Assembly (NCBI GenBank): GCA_038063915.1
Contig: JBBTUE010000005.1
Span: forward strand, 10,547-74,546
Direction: 5' to 3'
Source of the DNA: Patescibacteria group bacterium
GTDB lineage: Bacteria > Patescibacteriota > Minisyncoccia > Phycocordibacterales > UBA9973
DNA length: 64,000 nt
The position numbers and the translations under genes were made by a program. The notes under the pieces were generated by a model that saw only the letters and a list, made by a program, of their open reading frames with translations, did no database searches and was not told where the DNA came from. Position 1 is the stretch's first letter. The number at the start of each line of letters is the position of its first letter. Of this stretch, positions 16,602 through 27,057 are shown piece after piece.

Positions 16602-17133
16602 CTGATGTTGATTCGTGGATGTCGCGAGCTTTATCTATAAAAAGTATCCCATCTAGATGGTCAGTCTCATGTTGAAATATGTGGGCTAGGAGTCCAGAAC
16701 CAACCTTCTCGAATTTCTTGCCGTGCTCGTCGTAGGCTTCGACGCTTGCTTTTGTAGCTCGACGAACTTTACCATAGAGCGGTCGTACAGATAGGCAACC
16801 TTCAGCCATGAGTTTTCTATCTTTTGATATTTTCTTAAATACAGGATTAATGAATACTAAATCACGATGGCCAACCTTTATTTTTATAGATTTTGCATCT
16901 GGTTTCTTGCCTCTTACAAAGTCCTCCTCAAATATTCTTCCTGATACTAAAAATATCCGCAAGCTAATTCCGATCTGTGGTGCAGCTATAGCGACGCCGT
17001 CATCTTGAGAGTGTAGGGCATGGGTCATATCTTTTATAACTTTCTGTATTTTAGGTTTAGTTATATCTGATATAGCAACCTCGAGAGCCTTTTTGCGCAG
17101 GACCGGATTTCCGTTTTGAACAATTTCTATCAT
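16585..17133 (-). CDS. def: peptide deformylase
   Basis: Carries the GIGLAAPQ-like, EGCLS and QHETDHLDG motifs. Confidence 0.9.
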   Translation of the reverse strand: MIEIVQNGNPVLRKKALEVAISDITKPKIQKVIKDMTHALHSQDDGVAIAAPQIGISLRIFLVSGRIFEEDFVRGKKPDAKSIKIKVGHRDLVFINPVFKKISKDRKLMAEGCLSVRPLYGKVRRATKASVEAYDEHGKKFEKVGSGLLAHIFQHETDHLDGILFIDKARDIHESTSDEEYN

Positions 17134-17134
17134 G

Positions 17135-18433
17135 TTACTTTAGTTCTTTTATATACTCGAGCAATTTTGGTAGTTTTACTGTTTCTTGCGAGCGATTTGT
17201 CATATCACGAAATATAACCGAGTTCTCCATAGCTTCTTTTTGTCCAAATATTATAGCGTAATGCATACCCATCTTCTCAGCCACTGCAAGCTGAGCCCCG
17301 AGGTTGTCTTTTGATATTGATTGTGCGATAGGCACTTTGCCTTTGCGTAGTATCTCTATCACGTTTAGTGATTTGAGTTTTGCATCCCAGCCAAGCTGAA
17401 TAAAATAAATCTTTGGTTTCTTGATAATACGAGGAGAAAGTTTGGCAAACCAAGGCGCCTCGACGATTCTGTCGACACCGATAGATATTCCAACTGCTGG
17501 AATATCTTTTTTACTACCGAGTTGCTTGCCGAGGTAATCGTATCGCCCACCACCTGCGATAGTTATCTTTTTACCTGTCTCGGCATCTTCTATCATGATT
17601 TCAACAACTGTCCGAGTGTAATATGAAAGTCCACGAACTAGGCATTTATTGATCGAATAAGGAATCTCCATCTCCTCAAGATATTCTAATACTTCTTTGA
17701 AGTGTTTTTTACAGGCAGGGCATAGGTAAGAGAGTGTCTCTGGGGCATTTTGATTTAGCTCTATAGTCTTCTCGTCCTTTGAGTCTAGTATGCGAAGGGG
17801 GTTTGTCTTTAATCTCTCGCGGTCAATCGCAGGTAGGACGTTCATATGTTTTTTATAATAAGAGACTAGCTCACGAATATAACTTTGTCTGCATTCCTTA
17901 TCACCAATAGAATTTATATCTATAGATAAGTTGGTCGCTCCAGCTTCCATGAGTATTGACCAAGCAGTCTTTATGACGAGTGCATCGAGTATACTTTTCT
18001 CACTACCAATCGCGTCCATATCAAACTGCCAAAATTGACGGTAGCGACCCTTCTGAGGATTGTCATGTCTAAATATTGGACCGTAGTTGTAGAATAGTAA
18101 TGGCTGGGGGAGAGATGTCATTCCATGCTCAATATAGCTACGCATAAGTCCGGCAGTGTGCTCTGGACGGAGAGCCAAGTGATCACCACCTTTCGTCTTT
18201 AGTGTATACATTTCCTTGTCGACAATATCTGTGCCGACACCAATAGAAGAAGTAAACACTTCTTCGTGTTCTGTAATTGGAGTATCTATCGGTTTAAATC
18301 CGTAATAAACTGCTACTTCTTGAGCTTTCTCGAAAAATCCCTGAAAGTGATAGTATTGCTCATCGATAATATCGCGCATACCTTTTACAGAGGATAGTGG
18401 TTCTTTATTTCCTTTTTTCTTTTCACTAGACAT
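17135..18433 (-). CDS. hisS: histidine--tRNA ligase
   Basis: KGMRD, class II synthetase motifs, GGGRYD. Confidence 0.9.
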   Translation of the reverse strand: MSSEKKKGNKEPLSSVKGMRDIIDEQYYHFQGFFEKAQEVAVYYGFKPIDTPITEHEEVFTSSIGVGTDIVDKEMYTLKTKGGDHLALRPEHTAGLMRSYIEHGMTSLPQPLLFYNYGPIFRHDNPQKGRYRQFWQFDMDAIGSEKSILDALVIKTAWSILMEAGATNLSIDINSIGDKECRQSYIRELVSYYKKHMNVLPAIDRERLKTNPLRILDSKDEKTIELNQNAPETLSYLCPACKKHFKEVLEYLEEMEIPYSINKCLVRGLSYYTRTVVEIMIEDAETGKKITIAGGGRYDYLGKQLGSKKDIPAVGISIGVDRIVEAPWFAKLSPRIIKKPKIYFIQLGWDAKLKSLNVIEILRKGKVPIAQSISKDNLGAQLAVAEKMGMHYAIIFGQKEAMENSVIFRDMTNRSQETVKLPKLLEYIKELK

Positions 18434-18434
18434 A

Positions 18435-19028
18435 TTATTTATATTTATTTATTGACCCTGGTAAATATTCTATTTTCTTCACTGGTATTAATCGCAAGTA
18501 TGCTCTACCCACCATCAGGTCACGGGGTAGTACTCCCCACATACGAGAATCGGAACTTCGATTTCTATTGTCTCCCATTACAAAGTATTCATCCTTACTG
18601 ATAGTATATGTATCAGTGGAGCTAAATTTCTCAGCTAGGTATGGCTCGCTTAGTATGAATCCTTCCGGACTCTGCTCGTTATATATTTTTACTACTCCGT
18701 CTTTTATTTCTACTTTTTCATTAGGCAGTCCGATTATACGCTTGATGAAGAATCTTGAAGGATCTTTGGGATAGTGAAAGACCACTACATCGCCACGGTG
18801 AGGCCCTTTTAATATGTACGATATCTCATCAACTATCAGATATTCTTTGTCGTGGAAAGTAGGGAACATAGAGTCACCAGAAACTACGAATGGCTGGGCG
18901 ATGAACATTCGAATTGGTATGACGATGACCAGTGCAATGATTGCAAATTTTATCAAATCCCAAGCATCTTTTGCATGTTTTTTTAATTTTGACTTTTCAA
19001 CTGGAATCACAGGTGTATTATTTTCCAT
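18435..19028 (-). CDS. lepB: signal peptidase I
   Basis: GDSMFPT (Ser box) and GDNRNRSSDSR motifs, N-terminal transmembrane segment. Confidence 0.9.
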   Translation of the reverse strand: MENNTPVIPVEKSKLKKHAKDAWDLIKFAIIALVIVIPIRMFIAQPFVVSGDSMFPTFHDKEYLIVDEISYILKGPHRGDVVVFHYPKDPSRFFIKRIIGLPNEKVEIKDGVVKIYNEQSPEGFILSEPYLAEKFSSTDTYTISKDEYFVMGDNRNRSSDSRMWGVLPRDLMVGRAYLRLIPVKKIEYLPGSINKYK

Positions 19029-19219
19029 ATATGCAGTATATTAGCATACAACTACTATTGACAGAATGGAGTTTAGTGTGGTGTAAATACTTTTAAATTT
19101 TTGTCAGTAAATCTTTTCAAGAAAAAATGTCTGGCCCGCGCCGCGATCAAGCCGACGGGAGATCCGAGGACTTTTTTATTGATAAGATTTATAAGAACCT
19201 AATATGATATAATCTCAAT

Positions 19220-19804
19220 ATGTTAATCGTCGGGCTTGGAAATCCAAATAAAGAACATGAGAGCAATCGCCACAATGCTGGGCGGATTGTTTTGCAGAGT
19301 ATTGCAAAGGCAAACGACTTTTTAGATTGGAAGAATGATATGAAGACCAAGTCTCTGCGCTCTAAAGGTGAAATTGAAAAAGAGAAACTTGATTTTATGT
19401 TGCCTGAAACATTTATGAATAATTCAGGGAATGCCGTGATGCAAATCATAGATGGGCCGAAGAAGTTAAAAAATCTTGTTGTGGTCTATGATGATATAGA
19501 TTTACCAATTGGTACTCTTAAAATTTCTTTTAATCGCTCAAGTGGTGGGCACAATGGGCTCGAATCAGTAATAAAAAAAGTGAAATCTCGCGAGTTCGTT
19601 CGTATTCGTATTGGAGTCTCACCTCACACTCCGACCGGTAAAATTAAAAAGCCAAAAGGAGAAGCTGCAGTTCTCAAATTTCTCCTCGGTAACTTCAAAG
19701 AGGACGAGCTCAAAGAAATAAAAAAGATTTCCAAAAAAGTCGCCGAAATAATTGCGACCATATCTGCCGAAGGTAAGGATAAAGCTATGACGGTATATAA
19801 CTAG
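19220..19804 (+). CDS. pth: peptidyl-tRNA hydrolase
   Basis: MLIVGLGNPNKEHESNRHNAG N-terminus. Confidence 0.9.
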   Translation: MLIVGLGNPNKEHESNRHNAGRIVLQSIAKANDFLDWKNDMKTKSLRSKGEIEKEKLDFMLPETFMNNSGNAVMQIIDGPKKLKNLVVVYDDIDLPIGTLKISFNRSSGGHNGLESVIKKVKSREFVRIRIGVSPHTPTGKIKKPKGEAAVLKFLLGNFKEDELKEIKKISKKVAEIIATISAEGKDKAMTVYN

Positions 19805-19832
19805 TAGTCCAAGTATCTGTTATAATAAAAAT

Positions 19833-20831
19833 ATGACAAAAATTGGTAAAACATTAGTTTTTATAGTTGTAGTCTTGCTTGTGATAGGTAGTTATTTCTA
19901 TTTTAAAAAAGGTACTGAGGTGACAGACCAACCTAAACCTATAGAAGTCGCGTCTATTGTCGGTTGTTATGTGGCTAAACTTGGTAACGATGTCTATTCA
20001 CTCAAAATAGATTCCGAAGTAAGTGGAGTAGTATCTGGAGCCCTATCCTATAATAACTATCAGAAAGATAGCTCATCTGGTCCTTTTAATGGAACTTTCA
20101 ATAACGATATACTCCTAGCTGATTATTCTTTTTATTCTGAAGGAATGCTTTCTAATTCGCAAGTTGTATTTAAAAAATCTGGGGATAGTTTTATCCAAGG
20201 ATTTGGCTCAGTAGAAGTTGTAAATAATAAAAATATATTTAAAGATGTAACTAGTGTCACATACGACCCTAAATCTACTTTCATAAAATCTCCAAGCTGT
20301 ATTGAACACTTCTCCATAAAGGATGTGCTTGCCTTCAATTACAATTCATTCTTTGTAGCAAGGGAAGGGGATAAAACACTTACTCAAGATTGGAGAGTGA
20401 ACTCAACTTCAAAAGGACTAATCCTAGCAAAAGTAACTGTCCCAATAGGCTATATCCCACAGACCAATTTTATAGGCGCTAATTTTATAATTGGCCGATC
20501 AACTGATCCGGCAATTATAAAAACTTGCACGAATACCATAGGAATAATTAATGAAGAGAATAAAGGAGGAGAAGTAGATAAGGTAATGGTAAATGGCTAT
20601 CCTTTTATAAAGTTTACTACAAGTGATGCAGGTGCTGGTAACTTTTACGAAACAACAAGCTACAGAGGATTACTAGATGGTGACTGCTATGCTCTAGAGT
20701 ACACAATACATTCAACAAATGTGGAAAATTACTCACCAGAACAAGGAATAAAAGCGTTTGATGAATTAAAAATCCAAAATGAACTTGAGAAGATAGTAAA
20801 AAGTTTCAGATTCTTAGTCAGTAGTGATTAA
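19833..20831 (+). CDS. membrane-anchored extracellular protein (hypothetical)
   Basis: N-terminal transmembrane segment, then a Ser/Asn-rich beta-type domain. Confidence 0.45.
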   Translation: MTKIGKTLVFIVVVLLVIGSYFYFKKGTEVTDQPKPIEVASIVGCYVAKLGNDVYSLKIDSEVSGVVSGALSYNNYQKDSSSGPFNGTFNNDILLADYSFYSEGMLSNSQVVFKKSGDSFIQGFGSVEVVNNKNIFKDVTSVTYDPKSTFIKSPSCIEHFSIKDVLAFNYNSFFVAREGDKTLTQDWRVNSTSKGLILAKVTVPIGYIPQTNFIGANFIIGRSTDPAIIKTCTNTIGIINEENKGGEVDKVMVNGYPFIKFTTSDAGAGNFYETTSYRGLLDGDCYALEYTIHSTNVENYSPEQGIKAFDELKIQNELEKIVKSFRFLVSSD

Positions 20832-20834
20832 TAT

Positions 20835-21173
20835 ATGATCTCTTACGAAGATTTTGAAAAAGTAGATATAAGGCTTGGAAAGATAATTGACGTCCAAGAT
20901 TTTCCTGAAGCCAAGAAGCCTGCATATAAGCTCAAGATAGATCTTGGTCCAGAGATAGGGATCAAGCATTCAAGCGTACAACTGCCAGGTACATATGAGA
21001 GGGAAGAACTAGAAGGAATGCTCGTGGCCTGTGTCGTGAACTTTCCAACAAAACAAATCGGCCCATTTACTTCTGAAGTTCTAACTCTTGGATTCAAGAA
21101 TACTGAAGGCACAGGATATGTGCTTGTCACTCCTTCAAAAGATAGTGTCGAGTTGGGCGACAAACTTTGCTAA
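20835..21173 (+). CDS. tRNA-binding protein (CsaA/YgjH/Trbp111 family)
   Basis: FEKVDIRLGKIIDVQDFPEAKKPAYKLKIDLGPEIG is the OB-fold tRNA-binding signature. Confidence 0.8.
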   Translation: MISYEDFEKVDIRLGKIIDVQDFPEAKKPAYKLKIDLGPEIGIKHSSVQLPGTYEREELEGMLVACVVNFPTKQIGPFTSEVLTLGFKNTEGTGYVLVTPSKDSVELGDKLC

Positions 21174-21242
21174 ACGGGCGCTCTTGACTTCAATACTTAT
21201 ATATAGTATTTTTTTAGCAAGTTCGATTCATCACTTAAACCT

Positions 21243-21632
21243 TTGTGCATGAGAAATATACTAATCGTTGGTTCAGGTCCCGTTATTCTTGGGGTTGCCC
21301 AAACTATCCGTGACCTTAAATCGTTCGGGGAACTTTTTTTCCTTCCCGGAAGTCATGATACAAAAAAGATTGGGACAAATATCAAAATCAAGCATTTTGG
21401 TAGGAGGGACAAGGATGATTGCAAAGAAATTGGAGAAGACTGTATTAAACTAAAAATCGGTATAGTCTTATTTGGGCCAGAGAATGAATCTGATCATTCG
21501 TTGAAGGATTACTTTAAAGACAAGCCGGAGTTTCAAAATATAAAAGTCATTGATCCAATTATACCCAGTTTGACCCCGGTAGATCCTACATGGTACACAG
21601 CCAAGTATATGGATGCAATCCTCTCTCTATAG
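21243..21632 (+). CDS. PurD N-terminal-domain-like fragment (possible gene remnant)
   Basis: NILIVGSGPV...FFLPGSHDT...IGIVLFGPENESDHSL parallels the PurD N-domain (VLVIGSGGREHAL...FVAPGNAGT...IDLVVVGPEAPL). It lacks the GREHAL motif and everything C-terminal to it. Confidence 0.3.
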   Translation: MCMRNILIVGSGPVILGVAQTIRDLKSFGELFFLPGSHDTKKIGTNIKIKHFGRRDKDDCKEIGEDCIKLKIGIVLFGPENESDHSLKDYFKDKPEFQNIKVIDPIIPSLTPVDPTWYTAKYMDAILSL

Positions 21633-21654
21633 TTTTGCAGAATCTTAAGATATA

Positions 21655-21695
21655 AATAAAAAAGCGTCAATCGAGAAGTCGATTGACGCTTTTTC
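21655..21695. terminator. bidirectional rho-independent terminator (12-bp stem AGCGTCAATCGA/TCGATTGACGCT)
   Basis: Perfect inverted repeat between an A-run and a T-run, between convergent genes. Confidence 0.6.
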
Positions 21696-21704
21696 ACAAC
21701 TTAC

Positions 21705-22850
21705 CTATTCATCTTTCTTTCCTGCCTGCGCAGGCAGGCCGTCTTCTAGGAAGACGAGAGTCATGCGCTGATCTTTGGGTTCAAAGAGGGTAACTTGGAA
21801 GTCGTAGGTCTTGCCAAGCTCTAGTGTCTTCTTGAGTTTCTCTTCAGAGCCAAAGCTTGAATTGTGGACGAGTCCTGCCACACCTTGCTTGATAGAGACG
21901 AGGGCGCCGTGCTTGTTGAATTTGATGACTACTCCAGAGACGATATCGCCCTTCTTGAGTGTATTTTCAAATTCATGCCATGGGTTTTCTTTGAGTGCCT
22001 TGATTGAAAGAGAAATCTTACCATCCTTTATCTCGATTATTTTTGCTTTGACAGTGTCGCCAACTTTAAACATACTTCGTGGGTCCTCTACTAAGCCCCA
22101 GTCAATCTCAGAGATGTGTACTAGGCCTTCTAACCCTTCTTCAACTTTTAGGAAAATTCCAAAGTCGACAATTCCCGCTACTGTGCACTCCATCTCATCA
22201 CCGACGGCATACTTGCCGATTATTTCTTGCCTCTCTTCTGGGTTATTATCCTTTTCAGAGAATATGAGCTTGCCTTCCTTTGGAAGTGCAGAGATCATAA
22301 CGACATTGATACGCTTGCCGACGAGCATCTTTAAAGCTTTCAATATTTTATCTTTATCAGAATCCTCGACGCGAGGGTAGTGTTCGCTCTTTAGCTGAGA
22401 TGCAGGTAGGAACCCAGCAATACCTTGCCACTCGAGTATAAGTCCACCTTTGTTTGCTTCCTTGATAGTAAGTTCAAGAGGAATCTTTGACTTGATTGCC
22501 TTTTCGGCTTCACTCCAGATCAGGGCTTGCTTTGCTTCCTTGAGCGAGAGCTCAATGTATCCGTCTTCATTGTCAGTCGATACAACTTTTGCCTTGACTA
22601 CATCACCGATATTTACTTTCTTTATAATATCTTTAGCATTTATAAATTCACGTCCATAAATAATACCTGTGCCGAATGGCGCAAGATCAATATAAACTGA
22701 AGATTTCTGGATTGATATCACTGGGCCTTCGACAAGAGCGTCCACAGCCGGAGGCAATTCCGCTTTGTCTAACATTTTGCCGACACTTGAAAGTTCTATC
22801 TTTGCATCTAGCGCAATACTATCTATTACATTTTCGTCACTTTTTTTCAT
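21705..22850 (-). CDS. rpsA: 30S ribosomal protein S1 (four S1 domains)
   Basis: Repeated S1 OB-fold domains (VGDEMECTVAGIVDFGIFLKVEEGLEGLVHISEI and others). Start taken at MKKSDENV (ATG at 22850), not the longer ORF-track start. Confidence 0.85.
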   Translation of the reverse strand: MKKSDENVIDSIALDAKIELSSVGKMLDKAELPPAVDALVEGPVISIQKSSVYIDLAPFGTGIIYGREFINAKDIIKKVNIGDVVKAKVVSTDNEDGYIELSLKEAKQALIWSEAEKAIKSKIPLELTIKEANKGGLILEWQGIAGFLPASQLKSEHYPRVEDSDKDKILKALKMLVGKRINVVMISALPKEGKLIFSEKDNNPEERQEIIGKYAVGDEMECTVAGIVDFGIFLKVEEGLEGLVHISEIDWGLVEDPRSMFKVGDTVKAKIIEIKDGKISLSIKALKENPWHEFENTLKKGDIVSGVVIKFNKHGALVSIKQGVAGLVHNSSFGSEEKLKKTLELGKTYDFQVTLFEPKDQRMTLVFLEDGLPAQAGKKDE

Positions 22851-23046
22851 AATTATATTTTCTGTACTAAAAAAACCGCACAATCTGCGGCGCAGTCCGA
22901 GAATCTTCTTTGTGTTTGGCTTCCAAATCACTCAAAAGGGTTAATCTCAATCTGGGCTTATAACAGACTCAATATACTACACGCATACATATTTTGCAAG
23001 CATATTTTAGCTTTCATTTTAGGTCGAAATTTGCTATAATGTACTC

Positions 23047-23691
23047 ATGATTATCACTTATTTAGGCAAGCAATTCTTCAAAATCCAGCAAGGTGACTTG
23101 GTCATGGCATTCAACCCAATAAGTAAAGATTCCAAGGGAAGTGTCGCTCCATCACGTTTTGGATCTGCAATCGCCCTTTCAACTATCAATCATCCAGACT
23201 ATAATGGTTTTGAAATGGTTACCCACGGTGACACTGTACCGTTTTCTATCAGTGGTCCTGGTGACTACGAGATCAAGGATATTTTCGTAAAGGGTATAAT
23301 GACTGAGACTGAGATAAAAGGAAAGAAATATATTAATACTATTTATTCACTTTCTATTGAAGGCATATCACTTTGTTTCCTTGGTGCAGTATCGGGCAAG
23401 CTAAGCACAGATGTCGTAGGTCAGATAGAATCTCCAGACATACTTTTTGTACCAATTGGTAATGATGATTTACTTTCTCCATCGGAGGCATACAAGCTCG
23501 CCGTCTCACTTGAACCGAAAGTTATTATACCCATGGAGTACCTGCCTACCGGACAGGCAGGTGATGAGAAGATGCTGAAAGCGTTTCTAAAAGAAGGTGG
23601 TCAGGAAAAAGTCACACCTATCGAGAAACTTACAATCAAGGCCAAAGAGCTTGCAGGTCGGGAGGGAGAAATAGTCGTATTATCATTTTAA
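23047..23691 (+). CDS. MBL-fold metallo-hydrolase-like protein (Lactamase_B_3-like) with a degenerate His motif
   Basis: MIITYLGKQFFKI...LFVPIGNDDLLSPSEAYKLAVSLEPKVIIPMEY matches the family fold. The HxHxDH motif is replaced by STINHPDYNG. Confidence 0.6.
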   Translation: MIITYLGKQFFKIQQGDLVMAFNPISKDSKGSVAPSRFGSAIALSTINHPDYNGFEMVTHGDTVPFSISGPGDYEIKDIFVKGIMTETEIKGKKYINTIYSLSIEGISLCFLGAVSGKLSTDVVGQIESPDILFVPIGNDDLLSPSEAYKLAVSLEPKVIIPMEYLPTGQAGDEKMLKAFLKEGGQEKVTPIEKLTIKAKELAGREGEIVVLSF

Positions 23692-23710
23692 TAAATAATT
23701 ATTTAATATT

Positions 23711-24007
23711 ATGAATTCATATATAAAAAATTTACGTTCCAAGCCCGAAGATGCCCGCAAAAGAGTCATGATCATAACGCTCGCCATATGTATGTCGGTT
23801 GTCGTTTTTGTTTGGGTTAGTAGTCTAGGTAATAAATTCAGCCAGAATGTTGTAGCTAAAGAAGATTCGGTCATAAAGCCGTTTACTCTTTTTGCAGATT
23901 CCATTGGCAGTACATATGACAAGCTTAGTGCTAGCGCAGGAGATGTCCCGTCCATAGAGGAAGCTACAGCGGGTAAGCAAATTAATCTTGTCCCAATAGA
24001 ACGTTAG
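23711..24007 (+). CDS. small membrane-anchored protein (hypothetical)
   Basis: ORF with one N-terminal transmembrane segment, immediately upstream of gyrA. Confidence 0.35.
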   Translation: MNSYIKNLRSKPEDARKRVMIITLAICMSVVVFVWVSSLGNKFSQNVVAKEDSVIKPFTLFADSIGSTYDKLSASAGDVPSIEEATAGKQINLVPIER

Positions 24008-24020
24008 TAAATAAATAATT

Positions 24021-26465
24021 ATGGCCAAAGTTGAACCAAAGAAAGAACATATAAATGTCGTCGGAGTAAATATTAGTACAGAGATGAAAGAATCTTTCAT
24101 CGACTATGCTATGTCGGTCATTACTGATCGTGCTCTTCCTGATGTCCGCGATGGATTGAAACCAGTCCACCGACGTATATTATATGCAATGAATGAGATG
24201 GGGCTCACGTACTCCGGCCGTCTTCGAAAGAGTGCGACGGTAGTTGGTGAAGTACTTGGTAAGTACCATCCCCATGGTGACGTAGCGGTTTATGATTCGA
24301 TGGTAGGCATGGCGCAGGATTTCTCATACCGCTATCCGCTTATATTTGGTCAAGGTAACTTTGGTTCTATCGACGGCGACAATCCTGCCGCGATGCGTTA
24401 TACCGAAGCTAAAATGTCTAAAATTTCATCTTTACTTCTTCTTGACCTTGAAAAAGAGACTGTAGACTTCAGACCAAACTACGATCAGACTCGCAAAGAG
24501 CCTGTGGTCTTACCAACAGCAGTTCCGAGTTTACTACTGAATGGCACACTCGGTATTGCAGTCGGTATGGCTACGAATATTCCTCCTCATAATTTAACTG
24601 AGACTATTAACGCGACAATTCATCTAATAGAGAATAAAGATGCTACTACCGAAGATCTGATGGAGTTTATCAAAGGCCCCGACTTCCCGACAGGAGGACT
24701 GGCATATGGTCAATCTGATTTATTACATGCATATTCGACTGGTCGCGGGGGAGTCGTCACTCGCGGGGAAGCAGAGATAATCGAAGCAAAGACTGGCACG
24801 TTCCAGATTATTATTACCTCGATACCTTATCGAGTAAACAAGTCCGTCCTTATCGAGTCGATAGCAGAGCTTATCCAAGAGAAAAAACTCGAAGGTATCA
24901 AAGGTCTTCGCGACGAGTCAGCCAAAGATATTCGCATAGCCATAGATTTGAAATCTGGTGTTTTTCCACAGAAAGTTCTCAACTACATCTACAAGCATAC
25001 CCAACTTGAGCAATCATTCAATTTTAATATTGTAGCTCTGGTTGATGGAGTGCCTCAGACGCTGTCACTAAAGAGTTTGCTAACTTTATTTATAGATCAT
25101 AGAGTTGTCGTTGTTCGTCGTCGGACAGAATACGATTTGCGTCGGGCAAAAGAGCGTGAACATATACTTCTTGGCTTAAAGAAGGCGCTCGATCATATAG
25201 ATCGGGTCATTTCAGTTATTCGTGCTTCGAAAGATACAGCTATTGCAAAATTAAATCTAATGAAGGAATTCAAGTTCTCGGATTTACAAGCAACCGCAAT
25301 ACTAGAAATGAAGCTTGCCAAACTTGCTGGCTTAGAGAGGAAGAACGTCGAGCTTGAATTGAAAGAGAAACAAGAACTTATCAAAGAGCTCGAAGCCCTA
25401 CTTGCGAGTCCTTCCAAAATGAGGAAGGTTATATCTACTGAATTGCTAGATATCCGTGATAAGTATGGAGATGAACGTCGCACTCGCATTATCAAAGGCG
25501 AAGTCCGTGCCATTAACGAAGAAGATCTTATCCCAGAAAAAGAGTCGGTCCTCGTATTTACCAAGGGTGGCTATGTCAAACGTACAGATCCTAGTGAGTA
25601 CAGAGCTCAGAAGCGCGGAGGTGTCGGGGTGATAGATATAGAGACAAAAGAAGAAGACTTCGTCACAATGCTAATATCTGCCAACACTCATAGCGATTTA
25701 CTTTTCTTTACTAATCTTGGAAAAGCATATCAAATCAAAATGTATGATATCCCTGAAGGCAAACGCGCAACTAAGGGCAAATCCATCATGAACTTTATAT
25801 CACTCGAAGCTGACGAGAAGGTCACATCGATACTTCCAATAGGCAAAGAAGCCAAAAAGACTGTCGAGCACCTAATGCTAGTTACCATGATGGGTGTCGT
25901 CAAAAAAGTTTCTGCTGAGAGTTTCAAAGATGTCCGCCGAAGTGGGCTCATCGCTATATCGCTTTCAAAAGGAGATGAGCTCCAAGGTGTACTTCCAATA
26001 TCAAAAGGCGATGACGTTATGCTCGCTACTGCGCTCGGCCAATCAATCCGCTTCAAAGAAGCGGACGTACGTGAAATGGGAAGACAGGCATCTGGAGTTC
26101 GCGCTATAAAGCTTGGCAAAGGAGATCTAGTCATTGGCTTTGATAGAGTGCCAAAAGGAGAAAATACTCTCTCTATCCTAACACTTAGTTCAAACGGTCT
26201 AGGAAAGAAGACGAACATAAAAGAATACAAGACCCAGAAGCGCGGAGGCTCCGGCATAAAGACAGCCAAAGTGAATCCAAAAACTGGCAAGCTCATCGTA
26301 GCTAAAATTGTCGGTGACGAAAATGAAATTATTGCAGTATCACAGAAAGGCCAAGTTATTCGAGTTGATCTGAAATCCATTCCTACTTCAGGTCGTCAGA
26401 CTCAAGGAGTAACCATTATGAAACTCCGTGCAGGCGACTCCATCGCATCTATTACATGTCTGTAA
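24021..26465 (+). CDS. gyrA: DNA gyrase subunit A
   Basis: [29 protein letters not shown] matches the active-site Tyr region. C-terminal beta-pinwheel repeats present. Confidence 0.95.
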   Translation: MAKVEPKKEHINVVGVNISTEMKESFIDYAMSVITDRALPDVRDGLKPVHRRILYAMNEMGLTYSGRLRKSATVVGEVLGKYHPHGDVAVYDSMVGMAQDFSYRYPLIFGQGNFGSIDGDNPAAMRYTEAKMSKISSLLLLDLEKETVDFRPNYDQTRKEPVVLPTAVPSLLLNGTLGIAVGMATNIPPHNLTETINATIHLIENKDATTEDLMEFIKGPDFPTGGLAYGQSDLLHAYSTGRGGVVTRGEAEIIEAKTGTFQIIITSIPYRVNKSVLIESIAELIQEKKLEGIKGLRDESAKDIRIAIDLKSGVFPQKVLNYIYKHTQLEQSFNFNIVALVDGVPQTLSLKSLLTLFIDHRVVVVRRRTEYDLRRAKEREHILLGLKKALDHIDRVISVIRASKDTAIAKLNLMKEFKFSDLQATAILEMKLAKLAGLERKNVELELKEKQELIKELEALLASPSKMRKVISTELLDIRDKYGDERRTRIIKGEVRAINEEDLIPEKESVLVFTKGGYVKRTDPSEYRAQKRGGVGVIDIETKEEDFVTMLISANTHSDLLFFTNLGKAYQIKMYDIPEGKRATKGKSIMNFISLEADEKVTSILPIGKEAKKTVEHLMLVTMMGVVKKVSAESFKDVRRSGLIAISLSKGDELQGVLPISKGDDVMLATALGQSIRFKEADVREMGRQASGVRAIKLGKGDLVIGFDRVPKGENTLSILTLSSNGLGKKTNIKEYKTQKRGGSGIKTAKVNPKTGKLIVAKIVGDENEIIAVSQKGQVIRVDLKSIPTSGRQTQGVTIMKLRAGDSIASITCL

Positions 26466-26529
26466 GACAAAACTCCATAAAAAGACTTTTTTAAAAGTAT
26501 TTTTTATTGCGTTATGATATAATTGCTAT

Positions 26530-27057
26530 ATGTTTTTAAAGCCTAAATTAAGTGTAGGGCAACTAGAGTTACAAGAAGGCATGCATGTCGCCGATTTTGG
26601 AGCAGGGACAGGGTTCTATGTGAGGGAAGCGAGTGAGCGAGTCGGCAATACTGGCCGAGTTTATGCTATTGAAGTCCAGAGGGATATGGTCAAAAAGCTC
26701 GAGAGTGATCTCAAGGAGTGGGGTATTTCTAATGTTGACTGTATTTGGGGTGATATTGAAAAAAGTGGTGGCACAAAAGTTCCTGAAGAGTCCATGGATG
26801 CAGTTATAATATCAAACGTCTTATTCCAAGCAGAAGACAAGTTTGGGCTCATAGATGAAGCAAAGAGGATATTAAAAAAAGGAGGCAAGGTCCTACTCGT
26901 GGATTGGAAGGATTCATATGGTGGTATAGGCCCATCACCGATGCATGTAGTCAAAGAGGAGGTAGCAAAGGATTTATTTATTAAAAGGGGATTTAAGATG
27001 ATTGAAAATATCTCCACATCACCTCACCACTATGGTATAATTTTCAAATATGAGTAA
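26530..27057 (+). CDS. class I SAM-dependent methyltransferase
   Basis: VADFGAGTGFY glycine-rich SAM-binding motif. Confidence 0.8.
   Translation: MFLKPKLSVGQLELQEGMHVADFGAGTGFYVREASERVGNTGRVYAIEVQRDMVKKLESDLKEWGISNVDCIWGDIEKSGGTKVPEESMDAVIISNVLFQAEDKFGLIDEAKRILKKGGKVLLVDWKDSYGGIGPSPMHVVKEEVAKDLFIKRGFKMIENISTSPHHYGIIFKYE

Noticed and set aside
19125-19180. GC-rich block (GGCCCGCGCCGCGATCAAGCCGACGGGAGATCCGAGG) in the divergent lepB/pth promoter region as a possible sRNA or riboswitch
   Set aside because: It is short and lacks clear hairpin symmetry. It is probably just promoter or UTR sequence. Noted only for its composition.
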